Part shown: piece by piece, positions 52,320 through 64,000 of the stretch
How positions within the stretch are numbered: position 1 is the stretch's first letter
Layout of the letters: each line of letters begins with the position of its first letter
From: Lama guanicoe
Lineage: Eukaryota
NCBI GenBank assembly: GCA_013239625.1
Contig: MU053881.1
Coordinates: 992,001 to 1,056,000, forward strand
Length of the DNA stretch: 64,000 bases
Reading direction: 5' to 3'
Program-made: the position numbers and the translations under genes
Notes under the pieces: model-generated
The model's input: the letters and a program-made list of their open reading frames with translations, nothing else
What the model was told of the DNA's origin: nothing
Databases searched by the model: none

Positions 52320-53270
52320 AAGTCCACGTTTATCAACCGTCAGAGTGAACGGACTAAACGCACCAGTTCAAAGAGAGATGCTGCCCCATTAGAGAAACCA
52401 AACCAAAACCCCAGGCCTGAAACTCAGCTCTGTGCTCTCACTGAAGACACAGCTAAAGTGCAAAGACAGGAGAAGAACCGGAACAGAACTCATCAGGCGG
52501 CCGGAGGCAGGCTGCTGCCATTACATCCGCCTCCGACGCGGCCGGCTCGAGGCCGTGTCGGGGAAGACGGGTCACCGTCTAATGAGGACAAGTTCATTTC
52601 CCCAAGATGACAGAACAGCTCTAAAGGCTCACTCGTTCAGTAAAGCAGCCTCAATGTATTTGATGGAAACTTTGTTAGAAATGGAGGCATTGACACATCT
52701 ATCATCATTTTGGGAGAGTTCAGCCATTTTTTCCAATTAGTGTTGGATTAAGTAGACAGGACATCAGCAAAGACAGGGAAGTTCTGAATAACACAAATAA
52801 TGGCCTTGATTTAATGGAAGTAGATAAATTTTGCTTCTGACGAGTAGAGGTCCCTCATTCTTCTCAAGCACGTGTATAACTCTCATGAAAAAAAAAATTG
52901 ATCCATTAAGTGCAAGTCTGACGAAAACGAAAAGAATAATTATAATGCAGATCCTGTTCCTTCACCATCATGCCTTTAAGCTAGAAATTAATAACCCCCT
53001 CAAATAGAAACCCCCATTATTGGGGGGGAAAAAGACTCTTAAGTAATTCATGGATCAAAGAAAGTAATGATGGACCTTCTAGGATACTCAAAACTGAATG
53101 ATAATAAAAGTGCTGAATATCAAAACGTGGATGGAAATTTATATCAGAAAAGAAAAAGACTGCGAATTAAAGGAATAAATTTCCAGTGTACGAAGTCAGT
53201 GAAGAAAAGCAAAAATTACCCAAAGGAAGTAGAAGGGAAAAGATGAGACCAGAAATCGATGAGCTGGAAA
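52320..53270 (+). mobile_element. Old L1 ORF2 endonuclease-region fragment
   Basis: gtgaacggactaaacgcaccagttcaaaga (VNGLNAP) and downstream A-rich degenerate ORF2 sequence. Confidence 0.6.
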
Positions 53271-53351
53271 ACTTCTCTGTTCTGATGACTGTTGCTGTTG
53301 CAAGGATGCAGGGTCGGATCTTTCAGGTTTTCAAGAGAAGTCAGAAATTTG

Positions 53352-53778
53352 TAATTCTGCGAGACATTTCTGTAATTAAAAAATTGGACGTGGGCTGTTC
53401 AAAACGTGTCTGGAGCCTGAGTTGGGCATACACGCCTCTTTTATAAGCCCCGCCTTCTCTTAAACAGCACTGGGAGGGGCCGCTCACCTCATTTAACGGG
53501 AGTGACAGAGGTGACTTGGGGAGAATGGCCACTCTGACTCTGGGACTGGAACTGAGCCTCAGGCCCAGATCCTGCTCCCCGGGGCCTGCGAGCCGCCTCT
53601 GCACACGCTGCCTCCCCGACACTGTCTTCTCCTGTGTGGTTTCTGAGTTGACACATAATTTCATTACTCTTGGGTACAAACCTAGAAGAATTGCTGGGTC
53701 ACAGGGTAACTCTAGGTTGAAGCTTTTGAGGAAATTGCTAGACTGTTTTCCAGTGTGTCCTGAGCGTGCTGTCCCCTC
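53352..53778 (-). repeat. Inverted duplication, copy B (partner 35078-35502)
   Basis: As for copy A; includes an L1 ORF2-end remnant at about 53640-53780. Confidence 0.97.
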
Positions 53779-54799
53779 TTCGAGGGGTCAGAGCTCGTTA
53801 CCATCCCCAGAACGTTTCAGGGTCTGTGGATGTGCACTCAGTTTGCTGTGAGCTTAGACTTCATCCCCGGGCCCTGGTGCGGACACAGAGGAGGACTGCC
53901 TCTGGCTCCACATGAGCAGGGACCAGCCCCTCCCCGCGGGCGTGGTCCTACTGCCTCTCGGCTGATGTTCTTGGGCCCCGGCCTGTTGGTTTTATCCCGA
54001 AATTGGGGAGGCAGTGGAGATGGTTTGAGCTCTGCTTCATTTAGCTGGAGAATAACTTAGATCCCTGATTGGCAGCAACACAGCTCCTGAGGCTTTCCTT
54101 GGGTAGCAAGCTCAAACCTTCCCTGGCCGCGAGCCTTTGCACAGCTTTACTTCCAGGGTCCTGTAAGTGTCCCTTTCTCACACCACAGTTCCCATGCTGT
54201 CTCACGAGGGCCTGGAGAGGTGGGAAGAACCCCACTTATGGGTTGCAAAAGGAAGGCTCAGAGAGCGCCCCAGCAGAGCCTGGACGAGCTGGGACTTGGA
54301 CCCAGGCCTGGCGGACGCAGAACGTGGGCTCTTTCTGCCCCACGAGATTTAGGTGCGTCATGAGCCCCCCCCGGGGTGGGGTGACAACGATGAGGTTTTT
54401 GCTTCTCCCCCAGGGAACCCTGGATGTCTCCAGGTCCTTCCTGTCCAGTCAGGGCCCTCCGGCAGAAGCCACCTGTGAGGGCAGAATGGAAGGTGCCCAC
54501 GGGCTGACTGCCTCTGTCAGAACACGAGCAAAAGCTGCTTGTGTCAGGGAGGTGAGCGATGGGGGAGAGTGTACTGGTCTCTTACCAGGAGGGCTCATTC
54601 CCCTCACGGTGAGGACGCAGCTCACCGGCTGGCCTCCCCAGGCCTGGCACTGTGAGCACCGAACAGCTACAGAGCGGGACCAAGAGGCCTCACTAGCTTA
54701 AGTTGTGAGTGGTCACCTGGTCACCACCGAGTATCACCTGGAATCTGGGCCTGACTGGAAATGGCTCAGGAAGGCAGAGGTCAAAGGACAGGCCAGTCT

Positions 54800-54985
54800 T
54801 TTTCTTTGTAATAGGTTTATTGAGATATAATCCATGTGCTGTAACTCACCCATTCTAAGTGCACAATTCTGCGAGTTTTAGTAAAGTCACAGAGTTGTGC
54901 ACCCATCATCACAATCAGCTTCTGAACACTTCTACTGCCTTAAAAGAAACTTTATGGTCATCAGCGCTCATTCCCCGTTTCCCCT
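54800..54985 (-). mobile_element. L1 3'-terminal fragment
   Basis: ggtttattgagatataatccatgtgctgtaactcacccattctaagtgcacaattc. Confidence 0.75.
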
Positions 54986-54989
54986 CGTG

Positions 54990-57900
54990 AGGCTTGACTT
55001 CCCCCTTTCCAGTTAGATGCCTTTTTTGTGCCTCGTTTCTCAGGTTAGAATTTCTAGTATTACGTTGAGTAGCAGTGGCCGAAGTCGGCTGCCTTGTCTT
55101 CTTCTGATCTTCCAGAAGAAGCTTTCAGCCTTCCACCGTTGAGTGTGATGTTGGCTGTGGGGCTTTCAGAGACACCTTTTATCATGCTGAGGGAGCCCCT
55201 GCCATCCCTGGTCTGCTGAGTGTTTTCATCCTAAAGGTGTTGGGTTTTGCCAGAGGCTTCTCCTGCATCAGCTGAGATGGTCGCGTCTTGTTTTCCTCCG
55301 TTCGGTTACTGTGCTGTGTTGTACTGACTGATCTGTGTATTTTGAACCACCCTTGCATTCCTGGAGTAAATCTCATCTGGTCGTGGTGTGTAACCCTTTG
55401 ACCATGCTGCTGAATTCAGTTTGCTGGCGTTATTGTTGAGGATTTTTGTATCTACATTCATAAGGAATATTAGTTTTCTGTTCTCTTATGATGTCTTTGA
55501 CTGGCTTTGGTATCAGGGTAATGCTGGGATGAGCGTTAGAATGAGCTAGGAGGTGTTATTTTGTCTTCTATGTTTTTGGAAGAATTTGAGAAGGATCGGT
55601 GTTAACTCCTTAAATTGGTCGAGTTTAGCAGTGAAGCAGTCTGGTCCTGGACTTCCTGTTAATTGGGGATCTTGGAATACTGACTTCATCTCTTTACTTG
55701 TTATAGACATATTCAGATATTCTGTTAATCCTTGAGTTGATTTCGGTGGTTTGTGTGTATCTAGGAGTTTTTTTGTGTGTGTGTGTTTTTGTTTCTCATT
55801 TCGTCTAGGATATCTAGTTTGTTAGTATACAGTTGTCCGTAGTATTCTCTTGTAATTCTTTTTATTTCTGTATGGTCAGTAGCAATTTCCCCACTTTTGT
55901 TTCCTATTTTAGTAACCTGAACCTTGTTTCTTTTTATCTTGGTCATCCTGGCTGAATCTTGTCAATTCAAAGAATCAACTTTTGGTTCCATTGATTCTCC
56001 CTATGGGTTTTCTGTTCTCTATTTTGCTTGTCTCTGCTCTAATCTGTATTACGTCCCTTCTTCTGCCAGCTTTGGTTTTAGTTTGCACTTCTTCTAATTT
56101 CTTAAGGTGTGAGTTAGGTTATTGATTTCAGATATTATTTTTTTTTAATGTAGGCATTCACAGCTATGCATTTTCCAGTGAGTCCTGCTTTTGCTGTGTC
56201 TCATAAGTTTTGGGTACGTTGTGTTTTAGTTTTCATTTCTTTCAAGATAGTTTCTAATTCCCCGGATAATTTCTTCTTTGACCTGTTGGTTGTTTGAGAG
56301 TGTGTTGTTTAATTTACAATTATTGTGAATTTTCCAGTTTTTATTCTGCTACTGATTTCTAACTTTATTCCGTTGTGGTTGGAGAGGATACTTCGCTTGA
56401 TACTTCGTTTGATTCCAGATTTTGTTGAGATTTGTTTTGTGGCCTAACGTACCATCTGTCACGTCTAGCTAGTTTACAGTGCTCTTCAGATTCTCTATTT
56501 CCTTATCGATTTTCTGGATTTTATTCTATCCGTTATTGAAAGTGGAGCATATTTATAGTAACTATAAATGGTGCATAACCTTTAAAAATTGTGAATTACT
56601 CTATTTTACACCTGTAACCTACATAATACTGTACATCAACTGTACTCCAATTTTTAAAAAAAGAAAGGAGAGTATTGAAGTCTTTAACTGTTGTTGTAGA
56701 ATTGTTTATTTCTCTCTTCAATTCTGTCTGTTTTTGCTTCATATATTTTGGGACTTTGTTGTTAGATGCATGTATGTTTATAATTTTTATATCTTGATGG
56801 AATGATCTTTTCATTAATATATAACATTCTTCTTTGTTATAAACAATTTTTATTTAAAGTCTGGTTTTTTCTGATATTAGTATCTCTTTTATGTCTCTAG
56901 TATGTCTCATATTCCCAGATCTCATTTGCTTACTATTTTCATGGAATTTCTTTTTCCAGCCTTTCACTTTCAACCTATTTGTATATTTAGATCTAAACTG
57001 AGTCTCTTGTAGACAGCATGTAGCTGGATCGTGGTTTTTAAAAAATCCATTTGGCCCATTTCTGCCTTTTAATTGACGAGTTTAACCCATTTATATTTAA
57101 TTACTGATAAGGAAGGGCTTACTTCTATTTGCTATTTGTTTTCTATGTGTTATATATTTTTTGTTCCTCAATTCCTGCAATACTGCTTTTTTGTGTTTAA
57201 TTGATTTTCCTCCAGTGTATTGCTATGAATCTTTTTCTTGTATCTTTATCTATATATTTTAATGTCATTTTCTTAGCAGTTACCCTGGAGGTTATAATTA
57301 TTATCTTAAATATATAACTTTTTAGGTTGAATGAATATCAACTTAAATTTAAGCAGTATACAAAAACTACGTTCAAATATAGCTCAGTTTCCCCCACTTT
57401 TTATGAAATTATTGTCACATCTTTGTACATTGTATGTCCATTAAAAAATTGATAATTATTGTTTTATGCATTTTCTATTAAATAATACAGAAAAAAAGAG
57501 GAGTTACAAACCAAGAATATGTAGTTACCTTTACTGCTATTCTTTATTTCTTCATATAGATTTGAGTTACTGTCTAGTGTTCTTTTATTTTAACTGGAAG
57601 GACTTCCTTTCACATTTCTTGAACGGCAGGCTGACTAGCAATAAACTCCCTCAGTTTTTGTTTATCTGGGAATGTCTTAATTTTTCCTTAATTTTTGAAG
57701 AATAGTTTTGCTGGATACAGAATTCGTGCTTGACAGTATTTTTCACTAGCACTTTAAACATGTCATCCCTCCATAGTCTCTGATGAGAAATCAGCTGTTA
57801 ATCTCTGAAGTCCCTTGTAGGTGTGGAGTCATTTCTCATGCTGCTTTTAAGATTCTCTCTCTTGTGTGTGCGTGTGACAATTTGATTATAATGTACCTTC

Positions 57901-59570
57901 AAATGTATTTCTTTGAGTCTGTCCAACTTGGAGATCCTTAGCTGTGAGATTCATGTTTTATCACATTTGAGAAGTTCTTGGCCATTATTTGTCTAAGTAT
58001 TCTTTCTGCCCTTTCTCTCTCACCGCTCTGTGACTCCTATTATGTGTATGTTGGTGCATTTAGTGGTTTGCCACAGGTCTCCTATATTCTGTTTTTTTTT
58101 TCTTCTTCTTCTTTTTTCCTTCAGCTCACACTGGATAAGTGGACTGATTTGATTGATTTAACTGATTAAAGTTTACTGATTTGCTCATATCTGTTGTTGA
58201 ACCTATCTAGTGAAATTTTCATTTCAGATCTTCTCAGCTTCAGAATTTCTTTTGGTACTTTTTCTAACTTCTGTCTCTATGTTGACATTCTCTGTTTGGT
58301 CAGACATCTTCCTGCTGTTTTGCTTTAGGTCTTTGTCCGTGGTTTCCTTTAGCTATTTGAGCATATTTAAGACAGTTGATTTAAAGTCTTTGTCTAGCCA
58401 GTCCAATGTCTAGACTTCCTCAGGGAAAGTTTCTCTTACTTTCTTTTTTCCTGAGAATGGGCCACACTTTCTTGTTTCTTTGCATGTCTCATAAGTTTTT
58501 GCTAGAAACTGGGCATTTTGAATATTATAATGTGGCAACTCTGGAAATCAGATTTGCCCCCAACCCCAGAGTTTGTTGTTCCTGCTTGCTGTGCATTGCT
58601 GTTGTTTGCTTAGTGACTTTTCTAAACTATTTTTATAAAGCCTGTACTCTTTGTTGTGTGTGGCCATTGAAATCTCTGTCCTTTTAGCTTAGTGGTCAGC
58701 TGGAGGTTTGACAGGGTTTCTGTAAATGCTCAGGCCAAGGAGAAGCAATACTCTTTCAGTCTTTGTAACTGGCTCCATGTCGTGGTGCTCCTTCAGTGGT
58801 TAGCCAGACTATTTAAACTCTGTCTTAGCCTTCACTTCCTACTTGTGTGCAGCATAAAGATCAACCAGAGGTGAAAACTTTGAGTCTTCTCTGATCTTTT
58901 TTGGGCATATATGCAGTTCTGAGTATGTGTGCGACTTCTAGATTCCCTGGTATACATAAAGACCTTGTTTCTCCAAGTAGCCCAAGAAGGGAATGTTTCT
59001 TTCTTGCAGTGTCCAGACCTTGTGGAGGGCCTCAGGGCAGTCACATGGCCACCCCCTGGGCCAGTCACTGTGGTGGGAATCAGGGTGCCAGGTGTGGGCT
59101 ACTTGGCTCCTTCTCCAGCCTCTTCCGTCCCAGGCTCTGCAACGTGGAGTTGGAAGGCATGAGAAACGCTACCAGCCAGCCAATCCCGGTGAGATACTGT
59201 CTCCCTTGAGTGGGATCTGATGGGAGAGGGAGCTTCATACTCTTGACTACACCCATCCATTATGCTGGAACTACCCTTAAATTGATTTGGTGGCCATGGA
59301 TCTGGGGGAGGTAAGTAGGAAGTGGGCTATGGTTCAAGTGCCAAAGACTCTTGCTGTCAGTATTGAGGTTTTTTTTTTAACCAAGATTCAGTGAATTTTC
59401 TAAACAAATGATGCTTCTTCATTTGCTCTATGCCCTTAGAACTGTTTTCAGAGACTTTAGATTGTTGTTGTTGGTTTTCTTTTTAATTATTGTCACCAGT
59501 AATGGTTGTTTTGCTGAGAAGTGGGTCCATGGGATTTCGCACACCACCATTCTAGAAGTGGAACTCTTGG
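54990..59570 (-). mobile_element. Long decayed L1 (ORF2, ORF1 and 5' region remnants) with internal deletions
   Basis: Minus ORFs FTPGMQGWFKI (RT), IKRITREYYGQLYTNKLDILDEM, and HQDIKIINIHASNNKVPKYMKQKQTELKREINNST (endonuclease). A small + strand L1 tail is nested at about 56548-56662. Confidence 0.9.
58981..59099 (+). repeat. 119-bp direct duplication, copy 1 (partner 60432-60550)
   Basis: cccaagaagggaat...ggtgtgggc repeated at offset 1451 with 5 mismatches. Confidence 0.96.
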
Positions 59571-59599
59571 AACAAGGCATTCTTTTTTGCTGTTGCTGC

Positions 59600-60074
59600 T
59601 GTTTTTGTTTTTGTTTTTGTTTTATTGAAGTATAGTTGATTTACAATGTTGTGTTAGTTTCTGGTATCCAGTATACTGATTTAGTCATACATATATGTGT
59701 ATATATACTCTTTTTCATTATAGGCTATTACAAGGTATTGAATATAGTTCCCTGTGCTATATAGTAGGACTTTGTTGTTTATCTATTTTATATGTAGTAA
59801 TTTGTATCTACTAATCCCAAACTCCTAATTTATCCATCCCCCTATTCTTTCCTCTTTGGTAACCATAAGTTTATTTTCTATGTCTATGAGGCTGTTTCTG
59901 TTTTGTAAATAAGTTCATTTGTCTCTTTTTAAAGATTCCACATATAAGTGATGTCATACGGTATTCTTTCTTTTTCTGGCTTTCTTCACTTAGTATGATG
60001 ATCTCCAGGTCCATTACCATTGTAATGCTGCAAATGGCATTATTTAATTCTTTTTTATGACTGAGTAGTATTCC

Positions 60075-60121
<47 letters not shown>

Positions 60122-60138
60122 CAACTCCTTTATTCAAT
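59600..60138 (-). mobile_element. L1 3' fragment containing (TG)n at 60077-60119
   Basis: ttttattgaagtatagttgatttacaatgttgtgttagtttctgg 3' end; ORF2-end peptide MDLEIIILSEESQKK...TSLICGI. Confidence 0.9.
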
Positions 60139-60198
60139 CATTAGACAGTTCATTCTTAACCTTTCTTAGGGCCATAGCATGAGAAAGATAAAGGACTC

Positions 60199-60650
60199 TG
60201 TGTTTGTCAGGGTCCTCCAAAGTGTAAGTGATGGAGACACAAATCTAATTAAGCCAAAAGAAAGGAAATGTACTGAAGCATGTGACTGTGACAGTGGGCA
60301 TAGCTTAACCAAAGGAAGCTGCCAAGGCTCTGTCCCTTCCTCCCTCTACTGACTCAGCTCCTTCCGCACCGACCTCGCCTCAGGTTGGCTTTCCACATAA
60401 GCAGCCCTAAGCTTATGCGTGAACTTGCTGACCCAAGAAGGGAATATTTCTTTCTCGCAGTGTCCAGACCTTGTGGAGGGCCTCAGGGCAGTCACATGGC
60501 CACCCCCTGGACCAGTCACTGTGGTGGGAATCGGGGTACCAGGTGTGGGCCTGCAGCCAGCTGGGAGCAAGATGGGCACAATTTACACACAAACCAGGGC
60601 CACGTGAGGGTGAGGAAGGGTTCTTTCCCCTCAATAGAAAGAGGGGTGTT
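60199..60650. mobile_element. Probable MaLR LTR (degenerate), containing duplication copy 2 (60432-60550)
   Basis: tgtgtttgtcagggtcctcc...ctaattaagccaaaagaaaggaaatgtactg and cacatggccacccctggaccagtcactgtgg are old MLT1-type motifs. Confidence 0.55.
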
Positions 60651-62165
60651 TGCTTGAAAAATTAACAAATGGCTTCATTACTCCTTTTAAAAACTGCATG
60701 CAGGCAGGTATACACACTGTCTTGTGTACAATTAATTTTTACTTGCTGAAAATCTCTTTCACATGCTCAGAACTTAGAAACAGACTTCGTGAGAGTTGTA
60801 TCTCCTTTAACTGCACTTTTCATGCAAAAGTGATCGGTCACTTCCCGAAACACCGAAACAAATTCGAACTGCACAAGTGAAGGAAGGAGCAAACTTGAAT
60901 CCCGCCCAAAAGTAAACTTCTCCAAGAGGCTGCCATCATTCGACTTCAATAGATTGAAACTCCAGAATGGCTTTTGATACGGCCTTTTCCACATCATTTT
61001 GGACATCAACTTGATTTTGACTGCTTTGACGGCAGTGAGACTGAAAACTCTGACTCATGAAAGTGCAGAATAACAGACCCAGCCCGCCTGGCTCTGCGGA
61101 GGAGGGGGTGCCTCTGGACCGATCCGCTGTGGCCTCACTTTCTGCGAGTGTGAGGTCATTGCTGGCCGGCGTGCCTCGCTGAGGCTGCCTGGGGCGCGAG
61201 TCCTGGCCGCCGGTCAGGGTCACACAGGAGGGCTGCCGGGGACCAGGAAGTGTCCACGCCGTCCGGAGGAGTTTCCGGGTGTCTGCACATCGCCTTGGTT
61301 GACGTGGTGATGAGACTTGTTGCTCAGCCCAGCCGGCAGCAGCCTGGCCTCCTGCTCTGGAGGGTTCGCCCCTCTCTTCCTCTCACACTGCAGTTTCTTC
61401 TTGGCCAAAGGACATCATTGTTCTCCGGCAGCTTCCACAAAGGGCCTGGGTTTACCTCATCCATGCAGCTAAGCCCATCTGTCAGCGAAACCCAGACTCC
61501 GGCTAAGTCCTCCCGTCAGATTCTCCTGAGTGTTGGGGTTCCTCCTCCTCCGCCGAACCTGAGACCTCCCCCCTGACTTGGGCTGAGCTCATCAGAGTCG
61601 TCCTGTGGGAGGCCCATCGAGTTACGCCAAGAGTTCCACCTCCCTTTCTGGACAAAACCCCCAGAAGAGACGGGACATGAGCGCTGAATCTCAGAATGTT
61701 TATAATTCGCACAGCCGTGACCGGCCTTGTGTCAGTGCCTCGCACGGCAGCGCCTGAGGTGGAGGCGGCCAGGCGCCGGCTGCGGGAGCTCCCGCCTCAC
61801 AGCCCCGCAAGCCCGCACCTTGACACGCATCACGGGAGCTCATTAGACAGAGGGTTGCGTTCCGGGGAACCTCCCGCCAGTTTGATGATGGCGCAGGTTT
61901 CAGGGCGTCCAAAAGGACTCACGAACTGGATTTTTCTTTGGCGACGTCTGTGATCATGCCCCAGGCTTATTTTGCCACGGACCTTGATCCCTGTGTAACC
62001 TGTAACCTGTTTCAGCATCACGCCCTCTGATAACAGACTCTCACAGACCGTCAGCCCATCCATGCTGTTGACTTTTCCTGTCTCTCGCCCGCCGTGTCTT
62101 CTCTTCACCCCGATCCAGCTTCCTTCTCTGAAGTTACTTAAATACTCCTCACTCCTTGTGATCAC
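60650..62165 (-). pseudogene. Decayed coding-like segment of unknown origin, possibly DNA-transposon-derived
   Basis: CpG-retaining, non-repetitive sequence with protein-like minus-strand frames broken by stops and frameshifts (61830-62165; QAGWVCYSAL at 61061-61090 in frame with ORF 60767-61009). Confidence 0.45.
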
Positions 62166-62403
62166 TCTTGCTTTGTAACACTGGCTGGCGTCCTGATAGA
62201 ATGACCTTTTCTACCTACTTTGGACCCTGGGAGTCCCCGAACAGAGCTGCAGGAAGACACTCAGGCTCACGGGCGGTCCCCTTTACAGGGCCTGTCACAG
62301 TGCCCAGCGGGTCTTCAAGCTCCTGGCAGTCAGACCGCAGTCCCAGTGCTCTCCCCTTCCCAGGCCGCTTTTCCTGTCCTTCCTGTCTCAGCACCTCCTA
62401 CAT

Positions 62404-62471
62404 CACGTCCCCATCCTCATGCGCTCCCTGCTGGCTACACGTCCCCATCCTCATGCGCTCCCTGCTGGCTA
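62404..62471. repeat. Perfect 34-bp tandem duplication
   Basis: cacgtccccatcctcatgcgctccctgctggcta at 62404-62437 and 62438-62471. Confidence 0.97.
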
Positions 62472-63289
62472 TTGTCCTTTTTGGGCTCCCATTAAAGCAA
62501 AACTCCCCCACGAGGAGTCACTGTCTCCAGTTCCTCTCCTCCCATTCTGTCTTAACCCCACTTGCCTTTTCTCCCATTACTTTCCCAAAGCGGTCCTCCT
62601 CAGTGTCACTGATGACTTCCATGTTGCGAAATCCACTGGCTAGCCATCAGTTTCCCTTGATAGCATGTGATGGGGCTGGTCCCTCCTAGCCTTGGTGTGG
62701 CTCACAGAACACCCTGTTCTTGTGGACTCTGACCCCACACTAGTCTTTGCTGACTGCCTCTCTTTCCTCCCCACTCTGAGTGTGTGGGTGGACCTCAGGG
62801 CTCCATCCTTGGAGCCCTTCTCGTCTGCCTCCACACTTCCTGCTTGGCGTGTTCATCCGTCCTGGTGCTTTGGGTACCATTTGAATGTTGATGGCTCCCT
62901 GATTTGTCTCTCGAGCCCAGACCTCTCTCCTGCACCCCAGACTCAATTCCCAACTGCCTTCTTGACCCTTGGATGCCTAACAGAAATAATGAACTCAGTA
63001 CCCTCACGGACACAGGCCTCACCCAGACCGCTGCTCCACCGGCTGCATCTTGTCTCTGTGGAGAGCGGATCCTCCCTCCATTTGCACAGCCAAAGGCCCT
63101 GAGTTACCACGGACCCCTCTTTCCCTCTCACACCCCTTGTACAGCCTGTCAGGAAGCCTGTTGGCTTCACTTTCCAAAGCCACCCAGAGCCTGACCACCC
63201 CTCCTCCCCTCCGCTGGTCCCACCTCAGGCTAAGCCACCCTCTCTGCCTAGGTGGCTGCAGCGACCTCCTCACAAGCCTCCCTGCCTCA

Positions 63290-63523
63290 CCCCCTGCCAC
63301 CTCCCAGCCCCCCGCTAGCCTCAGTGCAGCAGCAATCATTCTTTTCTCTCTAATGGCTTTACTGAGATATAATTCACATACCATACAATTCCCCCATTTA
63401 AAGCCCCCTGCCACCTCCCAGCCCCCCGCCAGGGTCTAGCCTCACTGCAGCAGCAATCATTCTTTTCTCTCTAATGGCTTTACTGAGATATAATTCACAT
63501 ACCATACAATTCCCCCATTTAAA
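63290..63523. repeat. Tandem duplication of a 113-120 bp unit
   Basis: ccccctgccacctcccagcc...cccccatttaaa at 63290-63402 and 63404-63523. Confidence 0.96.
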
Positions 63524-64000
63524 ATGTACAATTCAGTGACTCCTAATATATTCTCAGAGTTGTGCAGCCATTACCACATCAGTCTAGGATGTTTTCATCA
63601 CCCCCAGAAGACCCCACACTCCTTAGGTATCCCCGGACATCTCTCCCTCCCCCCACCCCTAGGCAGACACTAATCACCTTCTTGTCTCCATGGATTTGCC
63701 TGTTCCAGGCATTTTATGTAAATGGAATCCCACAATACGCCACTCTCCTCCAGTCATTCTCGGATGCCTTCAGACAGATCATGTCTGTCCTCTGCCTAAA
63801 CCCCTACAGTGGCCCCCACTTCATTCAGCGTAAGAGACACGGTCTTCACCGTCTCCCAGCCCCTGTGTGACCTGGCCCTTGGCCTCTCGGAGCCACTGCC
63901 CGCTGCCTTCCTCCTGGCCTCCCTGCTCTGCACAGGCTCTTCCTTCTGCCTGGATGCTCCTTCTGTGACTCCAAGGAGGGGAAAAACCTTGGTTCTTGTT

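Larger units (their letters stand above)
62340..64000 (+). mobile_element. L2 (RT region to 3' end) interrupted by an L1 3' fragment
   Basis: KAVLLSVTDDFHVAKSTG and LQFLSSHSVL resemble L2 RT (TALVKVTNDLHVAKSNG); gcccagacctctctcctg is typical of L2; minus-strand L1 tail at about 63460-63740. Confidence 0.85.

Overview
Mammalian genomic DNA, very probably a camelid: a Vic-1-like SINE and camelid-type L1 3' ends are present. It is GC-rich and repeat-rich. The only confident protein-coding feature is one 160-bp internal exon of ADAMTS2 (procollagen N-proteinase; equivalent to human exon 3) at 32265-32424 on +. The rest of the window appears to be the two large introns on either side of it. Those introns contain L1 fragments of several ages (some nested, with target-site duplications), L2, MIR, MaLR/ERV LTRs, hAT-type MITEs, a 54-bp minisatellite, microsatellites and a 57-N assembly gap. 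Almost all ORFs in the supplied track are spurious. The most interesting unexplained items are: (1) a ~1.5-kb decayed coding-like segment antisense to ADAMTS2 (about 60650-62165) with motifs reminiscent of P-element/THAP9-type transposase C-termini; (2) a ~425-bp, ~97% identical inverted duplication with copies 18 kb apart in the same intron; (3) further local duplications; (4) a short polyadenylated 3'UTR-like insert in an L1; (5) a CACGTG cluster. Repeat family names come from pattern recognition, not a database search, and repeat boundaries are approximate.
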